DNA from: Flavobacterium sp.
GTDB taxonomy: Bacteria; Bacteroidota; Bacteroidia; Flavobacteriales; Flavobacteriaceae
DNA length: 51,950 bases
Direction of reading: 5' to 3'
Assembly (NCBI GenBank): GCA_035433125.1
Contig: DAORUG010000002.1
Coordinates: forward strand, 1 to 51,950
The number at the start of each line of letters is the position of its first letter. The first letter of the stretch is position 1. The notes under the pieces are model-generated. The model saw only the letters and a program-made list of their open reading frames with translations. It did no database searches and was not told the DNA's origin. Shown one piece after another: positions 1-10,145 of this stretch. Both the position numbers and the translations under genes were made by a program.

Positions 1-1240
1 TTTTATGTTCTTCGGAATGTTGCAATTTTGGTTGTCACAAAATATCTTTGGAGAAATTGGCTTAAAGCCAAATGCAGCAAGTAGGGCAAAAATTGAAGTA
101 TCGGATTCCGACAAAAGAAATCCATTTACACCAATTCAATTAGGATTAATTGGCATAATGGCTACTTTGGGATTGCTTTGGATTTTGAATGCTCCGGTTT
201 CAAAAATCTCTGGTGGCAAAATAGATGTTTTTAGTTTCTTAGGCGAAAACGGAAATTCAATTGCGATTCTTACCGCTTTGATTTTATTTATACTATTACT
301 GATTTACAGATTTACCCAATATTCCCAAATCACAAGAGAGAAATTAATGGCGGTTACGTTTTTTGCTTTTCTAACCATTTTCTTTTGGGCTATTTTCGAA
401 CAATCACCCAACAGTTTAACCATTTTCGCTTCGGATTATACCAATCGAGTTTTGGAAGGCAATTGGAGTGTAGCTTTTTTGATAATAAATTCCTTAATGA
501 CTATTTTGCCATTGGCCATTATAACTTGGGTTTTAACCTTACTCTTTAAGCAAACCTTCAAAACATACACCTTGGCTTCGGTGATTTTAAGTAGTAGTTT
601 TGTTATTATTTGGACCATCGCCTTGTGGATGTTGGCCAAAGATTATTATACCGCAGGTTATTTGACTTTGTCTGACGAAACTTTATCATTTTTAAAAATT
701 GACAAAGTAACCGAACCGTTGACGGAAGTTGCAGCAACCTGGTTTTCTACCTTGAATTCGTTGTTCATCATTACACTTGCTCCATTATTTTCGAAATGGT
801 GGGAAAGTAAATACAATCCTTCAGCAAATTACAAATACGGAATTGGAATGACATTGCTCGCTTTGGGAATGGCTTGTATCGCTTTTGGAGCTAACGGAAT
901 TGAGCCCGGAGCCAAAACTGCTTCGGTAAGTATGATTTGGCTGATTTTAGTGTATCTTTTACATACCATGGCTGAGTTGTGTATTTCGCCAGTGGGATTG
1001 TCCTACGTGAGTAAATTGGTTCCCGCCAGAATGATTGCATTTATGTTTGGAGTTTGGTATCTTGCGGTCGCAATTGGGATGAAAGGAGCTGGAATGTTTG
1101 GCGAAAACATCGATAAGATCGCCGATGAACACGGACTGAGTTACTTTTTTTGGATACTGACACTGATTTCTGTTGTGGTGGGTATCTTTGCTGCTGTAAT
1201 GGCACCAGTCATCAAAAAATTGATGCACGGCGTGAGATAA
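1..1240 (+). CDS. Proton-dependent oligopeptide (POT/PTR) MFS transporter, 5'-truncated by window edge
   Basis: Multi-TM ORF with FWAIFEQ and ELCISPVGLSYVSKLVP motifs typical of the C-terminal half of DtpT-like POT transporters; N-terminal ExxERF half lies outside the window. Confidence 0.88.
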   Translation, partial: FMFFGMLQFWLSQNIFGEIGLKPNAASRAKIEVSDSDKRNPFTPIQLGLIGIMATLGLLWILNAPVSKISGGKIDVFSFLGENGNSIAILTALILFILLLIYRFTQYSQITREKLMAVTFFAFLTIFFWAIFEQSPNSLTIFASDYTNRVLEGNWSVAFLIINSLMTILPLAIITWVLTLLFKQTFKTYTLASVILSSSFVIIWTIALWMLAKDYYTAGYLTLSDETLSFLKIDKVTEPLTEVAATWFSTLNSLFIITLAPLFSKWWESKYNPSANYKYGIGMTLLALGMACIAFGANGIEPGAKTASVSMIWLILVYLLHTMAELCISPVGLSYVSKLVPARMIAFMFGVWYLAVAIGMKGAGMFGENIDKIADEHGLSYFFWILTLISVVVGIFAAVMAPVIKKLMHGVR

Positions 1241-1255
1241 TGGCATTATTTTTGA
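1241..1255 (+). promoter_or_regulatory. Possible sigma54 -24/-12 promoter upstream of thioredoxin gene
   Basis: TGGCAT-TATTT-TTGA: GG-N10-GA spacing against consensus TGGCAC-N5-TTGC. Confidence 0.4.
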
Positions 1256-1284
1256 AAAGAGAAATGAATTAAATTATATAAAAA

Positions 1285-1746
1285 ATGAAGAAAGTATTTA
1301 TAGCATTAGTACTAGTGATGGGTTCATTTGCAATGCAAGCACAAGAGCTAAAATGGGAAACCGACATCAACAAAGCGATATCGGCATCCAATAAAACTAA
1401 AAAACCCATGTTGCTGTTTTTCACAGGAAGTGATTGGTGCGGTTGGTGTATTCGTTTGCAAAAAGAGGTTTTGAAAACACCAGAATTTAAAACTTGGGCT
1501 GCAAAAAATGTAGTTTTAGTTGAATTGGATTATCCAAGAAGTAAACCACAATCGGAGGCAATTAAAAACCAAAATAATGGGTTGCAGCAAATATTTGGAA
1601 TTCAAGGATTTCCAACCGTTTATTTTGCTACTGCCAAGGTAAAAGGAGGAAAACCAAGTTACACCGGAATTGGAAGTACTGGTTATGTTGCCGGTGGACC
1701 AAGTGCTTGGCTGGAAGTTGCCAATGGAATTTTGAAAACAAAATAA
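1285..1746 (+). CDS. Exported thioredoxin-family protein
   Basis: Signal peptide ending AMQA; FTGSDWCGWC active site; GFPT cis-Pro loop. Confidence 0.9.
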   Translation: MKKVFIALVLVMGSFAMQAQELKWETDINKAISASNKTKKPMLLFFTGSDWCGWCIRLQKEVLKTPEFKTWAAKNVVLVELDYPRSKPQSEAIKNQNNGLQQIFGIQGFPTVYFATAKVKGGKPSYTGIGSTGYVAGGPSAWLEVANGILKTK

Positions 1747-1748
1747 TA

Positions 1749-3785
1749 TCACTCCAATCTATAAAATCCCTTTTCGCCAGTAGCGTGAAAAGGGATTTTG
1801 GCTTTTAGGCAAGTCGCTTTCCACAGTTTTTGAATGTTTCTGTAATTCGAAGCATCCGCGACAACTATTTTGGGTTTAGTAGCTGTTAGAAAGCGTTCCA
1901 AATTGATTTTCGGAGATTGCGTAAATACCACAATATCAGGACGAATGTCTTTTGGATAAACCCCTAAACTATCCAAAATCAGAATTTGGTTTCCGTTAAA
2001 ATAAATCAGGTTTTTCAAATTTTTCTTAGTAGTCAAACGACTAAAATTTCCCATCAAATACCCCGAAAGTGTTTTATTTTTTGAAGCTATTTCCAATAGA
2101 CTGTCATTAGCATACAAAGTGACATTTTCACCGTTTCGCTCAGCAATCATTGAATTTTTCTTCGAGTTGAAAACCACCATTTCTCTTTGGTTTTGAATGT
2201 TCCAATGGGTTTCGAAATACGAAATTTGTAAAACAATTACTGTAACTAATACCAAAGCCAGTCTGTTGAAACTCGGTTTTTTGAACCAAACAATCGTGGC
2301 AATAGTCAACAAATACAAACTCAACAACAACAGCCAATTGAACGGAATATCCCGAAAGATGAATTGCTCTAAAGAAGCAATCGTATTGATGATTTTATTC
2401 AAAATAGAGATGCTCCACTCCAATGACTTGACTAGAAAAACGGGAACAAAATCGAATGACGCCAAAAGCATTACCAAAACGCCCAAAGCCATAATCACAC
2501 TCAAAAATGGAATAATTACCAAATTGGTCACAAAAAACAAGCCCGGAAATTGATGAAAATAATAAATACTCAACGGCAAAGTGCCAATTTGTGCCGCAAA
2601 AGAAACGGTTAATATTTCCCAAAAATAATTTGCTATTTTATTTTTTGGTTTCCAAAGTTGAGCCAATAAAGGTTGCAACCAAAGGATAAAAAACAAGGCA
2701 ATATAACTCAATTGGAAACCCACATCAAACAAAAACGACGGCTGAACCAACAAAATGAGTAACATCGACACTAATAAAGTGTGAAAAATATTAGTGCTTC
2801 TTCGCAAATACATTCCGATAGCGACAAACGAAAACATCGTGACGGAGCGCAGCACTGAGGGAGCCAATCCTGCAATTAATCCAAAGGAAAATAGTGAAAA
2901 CAAAATAATAAGAAGCTTGATAAACGAACCACGTCTTGTATTGGGGAAAGGCTTCAAAAGAAAAGTTACAAACAACAAAATAAACCCAATATGCAATCCC
3001 GAAACCGACAAAATATGCACCGCACCGGCAAATTGATAATCTCTGATAATCTCGGGCGAAATGTCCTGTTGTTGTCCTAAAATCAGGGCAATGGCAACAT
3101 TCAATTCTGTTTTGTTGAAGTTGCTTTTCTCCAAGTTCCGAATGATTTTGCTTCGCAATTTTGAAGTATAATACCAAATATCTTTTTCAATTACAGAACC
3201 GATTTTAATATCCGAAACATCGGCATACATCTGGGCATAGATTTGTTTGCCTTCAAGGTATTTGCCGTAATCAAACTGGTTCGGATTTTTGGCTGGGCTG
3301 TTTTGGTATAAACTTCCGTCTATTTGCAAAGTAGTCCCAATTTCGAAAGGGTGATTCAAGCTGTCTTTTCGAACATTCAGTAGCATTCTTCCTGTGTTTA
3401 CTGAATCGTCAATCTGGTTTACAAGGACAATATAACGGTCGTTATAAGCCGAACTCCGCAATTTTTCTCGAATAGTAACCGAGACCAAATGCGATTTTTC
3501 GAAAATCGATTCCTGATGAATGTAATTGCTTTCCTGATAAGAATCCGTGTGGATGATTTGGGTACTTGTGCCAACAGTAAAAGCAAGAAAATAAGTGGCA
3601 AGACCAAAATAAATAACATTTATTGAATCCCTTTTCGACAAGAAATAAGTAAAAACAAAAACACAAGTAGCGATAAAAAGAGTCAAAAATACAAATGCAA
3701 CATCGGGTTTGAAGTAATACCCAACAAGGATTCCACTCAAAAAACCAATCGTGATTCTCGCTAAAGGAAATTGTAACACTTTCAT
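1749..3785 (-). CDS. comEC: ComEC/Rec2 family competence membrane protein
   Basis: NPNQFDY (DUF4131/OB region), HILSVSGLHIG, PSVLRS and GFQLSY motifs; start placed at ATG 3785 (MKVLQFP) rather than 3908. Confidence 0.92.
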   Translation of the reverse strand: MKVLQFPLARITIGFLSGILVGYYFKPDVAFVFLTLFIATCVFVFTYFLSKRDSINVIYFGLATYFLAFTVGTSTQIIHTDSYQESNYIHQESIFEKSHLVSVTIREKLRSSAYNDRYIVLVNQIDDSVNTGRMLLNVRKDSLNHPFEIGTTLQIDGSLYQNSPAKNPNQFDYGKYLEGKQIYAQMYADVSDIKIGSVIEKDIWYYTSKLRSKIIRNLEKSNFNKTELNVAIALILGQQQDISPEIIRDYQFAGAVHILSVSGLHIGFILLFVTFLLKPFPNTRRGSFIKLLIILFSLFSFGLIAGLAPSVLRSVTMFSFVAIGMYLRRSTNIFHTLLVSMLLILLVQPSFLFDVGFQLSYIALFFILWLQPLLAQLWKPKNKIANYFWEILTVSFAAQIGTLPLSIYYFHQFPGLFFVTNLVIIPFLSVIMALGVLVMLLASFDFVPVFLVKSLEWSISILNKIINTIASLEQFIFRDIPFNWLLLLSLYLLTIATIVWFKKPSFNRLALVLVTVIVLQISYFETHWNIQNQREMVVFNSKKNSMIAERNGENVTLYANDSLLEIASKNKTLSGYLMGNFSRLTTKKNLKNLIYFNGNQILILDSLGVYPKDIRPDIVVFTQSPKINLERFLTATKPKIVVADASNYRNIQKLWKATCLKAKIPFHATGEKGFYRLE
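1763..1799 (+). terminator. Hairpin inside the comEC 3' end, likely terminator for the convergent thioredoxin transcript
   Basis: Perfect 13-bp stem AAAATCCCTTTTC/GAAAAGGGATTTT with 11-nt loop, 16 nt after the thioredoxin stop. Confidence 0.6.
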
Positions 3786-4068
3786 ATTGATAAAAGTAAT
3801 ATTTTTATTAACAAAAAAAACATTCATTTGCATTTGAAGGGCAGAAAATGGAAAGAGCCTCTTTTTGTGATAAATGTTTTTAAAATACTTTTTCATTTCG
3901 TATATCATAATTGTACTGCATCCAATTTAACAATCTGCGAAAGCGTATTTACTTTGGATTCCATTTCAGTGTCGTTTTAGCTTCACATTGTTGTAAATTA
4001 GTGACTTATCTACATAAATTGTTAATAATTTAGTAATCTTAAAATTTTTAAATCAGGGACTTTAGCCG

Positions 4069-4076
4069 TAAGTTTG
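4069..4076 (+). promoter_or_regulatory. Bacteroidota -7 promoter box for the large T9SS cargo gene
   Basis: TAAGTTTG matches TAnnTTTG, 80 nt upstream of ATG 4157. Confidence 0.45.
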
Positions 4077-4156
4077 AATCCCCCAACCTCTACTACATAA
4101 TTTCTTAATTTTTATGGATTAAAATGATATGCATTATTAAGCTATAGAAATACTTT

Positions 4157-7100
4157 ATGAGATTAAAATTACTATTGATAATATTTTTGTTTTCAGTTTT
4201 TGGTTGGGGACAGGTAAATATAACTCCGACACGAACTGATGTTTCAGGTTTTGCTTCTTGGATTGACACAGATATATCTGGATCAACTTATGTCCAATTG
4301 CTACAAGCTACATCTTCTACAATTTCTCCTGTAATGGATTTTAATAGTTACACAGGTGAATCATTAAATTTTAAAGCAAGGACTTTTGGAGGTACAACAG
4401 CAGCAGAAATTATACTCACTGTTTGGATTTCTACTGATAACGGCGGTAATTGGACTAATCTTGGAACTAGAACTCCATTAAGTAGTACCCTTGTTGCTCA
4501 AGCTCCTTTTGATTTAAGTTCTTATAGTGGTACCCAAGTAAAAATTAAGTTCACGGTTGCAGGAACGTCTAATGCAATTGGTGTTGGAATAGATGAAATA
4601 AGCATTTCTGGATTTTCTACTACAACACCATCAATCACGGTGACACCATCATCACGTACTGGGTTTACTTATGTTTCAGGCTCAGGCCCATCAGCAGAAC
4701 AATCTTTGACAGTTAGTGGATCTAATTTAACAACAAACTTGGTAGTTACACCTTCAACAAATTATGAAATCTCCTCAACCACCGGTTCGGGTTTTGGAAG
4801 TTCAGTTAGCTTAACACCTACAACAGGAACAGTGCCAAACACCACAATTTATGTCCGACTCAAAGCGGGATTAGCAGTTGCAAACTACAATAGTGAAAAT
4901 ATTGCTGCAACCAGTACGGGAGCAACAACTAAAAATGTTGCTTGTAGTGGAAGTGTTACAGCTGCCGCATCTGGTTGCAACGAACTTTTTATCTCTGAAT
5001 ATGGGGAAGGAAGTAGCAATAATAAATACATTGAAATTTATAATCCTACGGCAAGTACCATTACTTTAACAGGTAATTATGATCTAGCTGTTTATGCCAA
5101 TGGTAGTGCAACTGCGACTTCTACAATAGCATTAACGGGAACAATTGCCGCTTACGGTACTTTTGTGCTTAATAATGCTACTGCAATCACAGCTGATCAA
5201 ATAAGTGGAAGTCTTACTTTTAATGGAGATGATGCCGTAGCATTGAGAAAAGCTTCAGTATTAATAGATGTTATTGGGCTTATAGGCACAGATCCTGGAG
5301 CCGAATGGGGAACAGGTCTTACTTCGACTGCTACTAATACTTTGATAAGGAAGTCAACTATTCAAAATGGAGACAGTAATGGTAGCGATACTTTTGACCC
5401 TGCAACAGAATGGAATGGTTATGCAGTAGATACTTGGACTTATGTAGGTACTCATGAATCTATTTGTGATCCTAATCCAATAATTACAGTTAGTCCGACC
5501 TCATTAACAGGCTTTACTTTTATATTAGCTACTGGACCATCGGCTGAACAAACTTTTACTGCCTCTGGTTCCAAACTAACAGCAAATATGGTAATTACAC
5601 CACCAACTGATTTTGAAATATCCACGACATCTGGTTCTGGTTTTGGAAGTTCCATAACACTTACACCAACTTCTGGAACAGTAGCGGCAACCACTATTTA
5701 TGTTCGCCTCAAAGCGGGATTGGCTGTTGCAAGCTATAATAGTGAAAACATAACGGCGACCAGCGCAGCAGCAACTACCAAAAACATTTCTTGTAGTGGT
5801 ACGGTTACGCAACCGACAATCACATCAGCTACTACTGCTTTGTCTGGATTTACTTATACAGTAGGTACTGGACCATCCGCAAATCAAAATTTCACAGTTT
5901 CGGGTAGTAATTTATCTGCAAATCTTGTGGTAATTGCGCCAACAAATTATGAAATTGCCACTTCTTCGGGTGGGGTGTATGGTACTACTTTATCTTATAC
6001 GCCTTCTTTAGGGATAGTATCTTCGCAAATAATTTATATTCGTTTAAAAAGTGGGTTAGCCATTAATAGCTATAACGAATCTATTTCCATTACTTCTACA
6101 AATGCCGCTACCAAAACTATTACGCTATCAGGAGCTGTTACAGGTAATTTAGAATCGGATATTATAACTGCAAATGGTGAATCAGCGACGGTTTCCTCAT
6201 TAGAAAATGATGCCACCATAACAACAACGGCTGACGGAACTCAGGTATGGCAATTTACCATTAGAGATGGCGGTAGCGACCTTACCGATGCTGATAATTT
6301 ACAAACTATAGTAAATAGTATAGTTTTTTCTCAAAACCTCGGAAATGCTATTGATGTTTGGTCAGATGCTATTCAAGCAGTAGCATTGTTTAATGGAACT
6401 ACTAAAATTGCAGATGGAGTAGTAAGTACAAATCAAATTACATTTACTGGGGATCCATTGATTTCTGTTCCAGACAACGGCAGTGTTACTTTAACAGTTC
6501 GATTATCCGTTCAGATAAATCCAAATAATACGGGTGGTAATTTGGATGGAGATGATTTTGTATTTAACATCTCAAATGCCAATGTAACAACTAGTGCGTC
6601 AGGCTCAGGATTTTCATCATTTACGGCTGCAAATTCAATAAATGGTCAGAATGTTTTATCAGTTGTAGCGTCTAAATTAGTTTTTACCCAACAACCCACT
6701 TCAACTGGTATAGGCAGTCCAATGACAACTGTAAAAGTGTCCGCTACAGATGCAAATGGTAATATTGATTTAGGATATTCAGGAATAGTGTCTATTACTA
6801 GTACTGGTACTATGACAAGTTCACCGCGAATTGCATCAGCTGTTGCAGGAGTGTCTAGCTTTACTTCAATTATCCATAGCGTAGTTGGGACGGGACTTAC
6901 TCTTGAAGCTACAGCAACGGGTTTGACTTTGGCAATGAGTACACCTTTTGATATAAACACATCTACTGTTTTCAAACCTGGTGAATTATTGTTTGTTGGC
7001 TATGATGGTCAAGTAAGCGGTTCAGGAGCAAATGATGAATATCTTATCGCTACATTGGTAGATATAGCCCCAGGCACTTCATTTACAATTGTTAATGCCC

Positions 7101-9937
7101 GCTATGAAGCTGGAGCAGCTGCAAACGTTAGAACAGATAAGTGGGGAGGAGGAGGAGATAATCCAGCAGAAGCACCTTATACGGCGGTTATTACCTATAA
7201 AAGCACCAACACATCAAGCATTCCAGCGGGTTCCGTTTTAGCATTTACAACCGATGGATCCGCTAATTGGTTTAGTGCCGTTAATGTGGTTACTGGCACC
7301 ACTTCAAATAATAGAACGACTGATTTTTCTGGTGTTACAGATAATACGTTTTCGCCTAATATCTCTGTTACTGGCTCTGATTCAGATCAAATTTATTTAC
7401 TTCAAGGGAGTTTTACTTCTGATGGTACAATAGATGCTAATCAAGCCAATTATACTTTAAATGGAACTTTACTGCACGGTTTAACCAATGCAGTAGCATG
7501 GGTTCCATTAACAAGCGCTTGTAGTGGTTCAGATGCAGGCGGCATTACTCGTGAATCCAGATTACCAATTACATTGACTTGCTTTAGTGTAGAAAATACA
7601 GTTAGTAATGCTCAAAGTGGTTTCTACAAAAACAATCAAGTGCACGGAACTTCTGTAAGCCCTGTTACAAAAAGAGCCATTATTCAAAGTGTGAGTATAT
7701 CTGGCAATTGGACTTTTAGCTCTGGTCGTTACACAAAAGACCCTTCTAGCCTAATAGCTACGCGGGCAGAAGCAACTTATTATATTGGAACGAGTAATTC
7801 ACCAGGTCAATGGGTAGGGAATGTAGATACCAATTGGTTTAATTGTGCCAACTGGGAAGGTTTAGTCGTGCCAGACGTGACAACGGATGTAACTGTAGAT
7901 TCTAATTCTTCTAAGAATTCAACTATATCCTATTTAGCGACTTATTCAGAAAATTATCAAGATCTTGCCGTTTGTAATAATTTGACTATTTCTACAAAAC
8001 AAGTTATTTTAGAAGCCAGTACCAACAACAAACTCGAAGTACACGGGAATGTGATTATTAACAGTACGGGCACATTAGATATGGACGACAATAATGACTC
8101 AAACGCTGATGGTCAAATGTATCTTTATGGTAATTGGACTAATAACCTTAATAGCCTGCCTACTACTAATTTTCTCGAGGGTAACGGAACAGTTCATTTT
8201 CTTGGAAGCACAACACAAATAATAAATAATAATGTACATTCAAATCCTGAGGAATTTGCCAATGTCGTTTTAGGCAATGATTTTGATACAAGTATTTCCA
8301 ACAATCTTATTGCAAATGGAGATTTAACAGTTAATGCTGGAAAAATAGTAACAGTTTCACCAAGCGATTATTTAAAAGTCCAAAATGGGTTAAAAAATAA
8401 TGGTACCGTAAATATTTTAAGCGATGATTATAGTCAAACTGGTAGTTTAGTTCAAATAAACGATACCAACACAAACATTGGCGATATAAAATTCGAAAGG
8501 ACAAGCACTGTAATTCTTAATACGGATTATACCTATTGGTCTTCGCCAGTACTAGACCAAACTTTGCTGCAAGTTTCCCCTAATACGTTTTTAGATAAGT
8601 TTTATGTTTACAATGCCTCTATAGAGGATTGGGAAAATGTGACAGATCCAGTAACATACAAAATGGTGGCAGGAAAAGGGTATATTTTTCTTGGACCTAA
8701 AACGTATACTGCACCAAGTTTATTTAAAGCCACTTTTATTGGTAAACCTAATAATGGAAAAATTGAAATTCCAATTGTATTTAATTTAGGAGCACCTGAA
8801 GGAACCTCAAATCTTATTGGAAATCCCTATCCGTCTGCAATAGATGCGGATAAATTTTTAGATTTTAATAAAACTGTTATCGACGGCACGATTTATTTTT
8901 GGACACATAATACTAAAAGACAAAACCGCGACAATTTTAATATCACAGATCCTGTCACAGGTGAAATTATTGGAACTACTGCAGGTTCAGGCACATTAGC
9001 CTACACTTCAGATGACTACGCATCTTATAATTTGCTAGGTGGTGTTGGTACTTCTATGGCACCAAGTGGCAGTACAGGCGGTGTTAACGCCAATATTCCA
9101 AATGGCAAAATTGCTGCTGGACAAGCTTTTTTTACAACTAGTAAACTAGTTAGTGGTAATGCAATATTCAACAACAGTATGCGAATAGATAATCTTGGAA
9201 AAATAATGGACAACTCTCAGTTTTTCAAAACCAGAAATCCAAAAACTAAAACTACCACTTTCGAGAAACACCGCATTTGGTTGAACTTAACCAATACCCA
9301 AGGTGCTTTCAAACAAACGTTAATTGGCTACATTACGGATGCTACAAATGAGTACGACAGTCGTTTTGATGGAGAGAGTTTTGACGGCAATGAATTCGTT
9401 GATTTTTACAGCATCAACCAAGAAAAGAATTTAGTAATCCAAGGACGTGCCTTACCTTTTGACGAAAATGACCAAGTGCCACTGGGATTCCGAACCACAA
9501 TCGAAGGAGCTTTCACCATAAAGATTGATCAGGCAGACGGTGTACTCACCAATCAAGCGGTTTTTATAGAAGATAAACTAACCAATTCTATCTTTGATTT
9601 AAGAAGTGGCCCTTTTACTTTTAATACAGTTGCGGGAACTTTCAACGACCGTTTTGTGTTGCGATACACCAACAAAACTTTGGGAACTATTGATTTAGAA
9701 ACATTCGAAAATCAAGTTTTGGTTTCCAATAAAAACAAGCAAATAAAAATTAATTCAAAGGCAGTAACAATAGATAAAGTAGTGGTTTATGACCTTTTGG
9801 GAAGACTACTATTCAAAAAAGACAAAGTGAACAGCAACGAATTTTCAGTACTCAATTTAATTTCCAACTCGGAAACTTTATTGGTGAAAGTGACGTTACA
9901 AAACGGAGAAACAGTTACAAGAAAAATTTTGTATTAA
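4157..9937 (+). CDS. 1926-aa secreted T9SS cargo protein with lamin-tail domain, three Ig-like repeats and C-terminal sorting domain
   Basis: Signal peptide ending GWG-Q; LFISEYGEGSSNNKYIEIYNPT lamin-tail motif; Ser/Thr-rich; YWSSPV and NLIGNPYPSAID motifs; C-terminal VYDLLGR...RKILY sorting signal (resembles ChiA/type C CTD). Confidence 0.85.
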   Translation: MRLKLLLIIFLFSVFGWGQVNITPTRTDVSGFASWIDTDISGSTYVQLLQATSSTISPVMDFNSYTGESLNFKARTFGGTTAAEIILTVWISTDNGGNWTNLGTRTPLSSTLVAQAPFDLSSYSGTQVKIKFTVAGTSNAIGVGIDEISISGFSTTTPSITVTPSSRTGFTYVSGSGPSAEQSLTVSGSNLTTNLVVTPSTNYEISSTTGSGFGSSVSLTPTTGTVPNTTIYVRLKAGLAVANYNSENIAATSTGATTKNVACSGSVTAAASGCNELFISEYGEGSSNNKYIEIYNPTASTITLTGNYDLAVYANGSATATSTIALTGTIAAYGTFVLNNATAITADQISGSLTFNGDDAVALRKASVLIDVIGLIGTDPGAEWGTGLTSTATNTLIRKSTIQNGDSNGSDTFDPATEWNGYAVDTWTYVGTHESICDPNPIITVSPTSLTGFTFILATGPSAEQTFTASGSKLTANMVITPPTDFEISTTSGSGFGSSITLTPTSGTVAATTIYVRLKAGLAVASYNSENITATSAAATTKNISCSGTVTQPTITSATTALSGFTYTVGTGPSANQNFTVSGSNLSANLVVIAPTNYEIATSSGGVYGTTLSYTPSLGIVSSQIIYIRLKSGLAINSYNESISITSTNAATKTITLSGAVTGNLESDIITANGESATVSSLENDATITTTADGTQVWQFTIRDGGSDLTDADNLQTIVNSIVFSQNLGNAIDVWSDAIQAVALFNGTTKIADGVVSTNQITFTGDPLISVPDNGSVTLTVRLSVQINPNNTGGNLDGDDFVFNISNANVTTSASGSGFSSFTAANSINGQNVLSVVASKLVFTQQPTSTGIGSPMTTVKVSATDANGNIDLGYSGIVSITSTGTMTSSPRIASAVAGVSSFTSIIHSVVGTGLTLEATATGLTLAMSTPFDINTSTVFKPGELLFVGYDGQVSGSGANDEYLIATLVDIAPGTSFTIVNARYEAGAAANVRTDKWGGGGDNPAEAPYTAVITYKSTNTSSIPAGSVLAFTTDGSANWFSAVNVVTGTTSNNRTTDFSGVTDNTFSPNISVTGSDSDQIYLLQGSFTSDGTIDANQANYTLNGTLLHGLTNAVAWVPLTSACSGSDAGGITRESRLPITLTCFSVENTVSNAQSGFYKNNQVHGTSVSPVTKRAIIQSVSISGNWTFSSGRYTKDPSSLIATRAEATYYIGTSNSPGQWVGNVDTNWFNCANWEGLVVPDVTTDVTVDSNSSKNSTISYLATYSENYQDLAVCNNLTISTKQVILEASTNNKLEVHGNVIINSTGTLDMDDNNDSNADGQMYLYGNWTNNLNSLPTTNFLEGNGTVHFLGSTTQIINNNVHSNPEEFANVVLGNDFDTSISNNLIANGDLTVNAGKIVTVSPSDYLKVQNGLKNNGTVNILSDDYSQTGSLVQINDTNTNIGDIKFERTSTVILNTDYTYWSSPVLDQTLLQVSPNTFLDKFYVYNASIEDWENVTDPVTYKMVAGKGYIFLGPKTYTAPSLFKATFIGKPNNGKIEIPIVFNLGAPEGTSNLIGNPYPSAIDADKFLDFNKTVIDGTIYFWTHNTKRQNRDNFNITDPVTGEIIGTTAGSGTLAYTSDDYASYNLLGGVGTSMAPSGSTGGVNANIPNGKIAAGQAFFTTSKLVSGNAIFNNSMRIDNLGKIMDNSQFFKTRNPKTKTTTFEKHRIWLNLTNTQGAFKQTLIGYITDATNEYDSRFDGESFDGNEFVDFYSINQEKNLVIQGRALPFDENDQVPLGFRTTIEGAFTIKIDQADGVLTNQAVFIEDKLTNSIFDLRSGPFTFNTVAGTFNDRFVLRYTNKTLGTIDLETFENQVLVSNKNKQIKINSKAVTIDKVVVYDLLGRLLFKKDKVNSNEFSVLNLISNSETLLVKVTLQNGETVTRKILY
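4628..6140 (+). repeat. Three ~110-aa internal repeats in the T9SS protein (approx. 4628-4960, 5477-5809, 5813-6140)
   Basis: Recurring GFTY..GPSA.Q..TVSG.NL...EI.....TIYVRLKAGLA..YN. Confidence 0.85.
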
Positions 9938-9979
9938 TCCCAATCAAGAGTTACTTTTAAGTGGTAGTGCTATATTTTT

Positions 9980-10020
9980 AGACCTCTGAGGTTTCAAAAA
10001 CGGCATAGGTCTCTTTTTTT
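9980..10020 (+). repeat. Degenerate REP-like palindrome with T-tract, possible terminator of the T9SS gene
   Basis: AGACCT-CTG-AGGTTTCAAAAACGG-CAT-AGGTCT followed by CTTTTTTT. Confidence 0.5.
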
Positions 10021-10145
10021 ACCCCGAAACAGATTTGATTAAAATAATATAACTGCATAGAATTGCAGCTTTAATACTTCTTGGGTTGAGGTGAGCAATA
10101 CCCCTCATCAAGTCTATTCATAAAAAGCGTCAGTACTAATTGTGT

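Noticed and set aside
3786-3908. N-terminal extensions in the ORF track (comEC 3908, purH 24008, permease 24086, alkA 38439, CBM48 47478, porT 49399)
   Set aside because: They run through promoter boxes or neighbouring genes; downstream ATGs give family-typical N-termini
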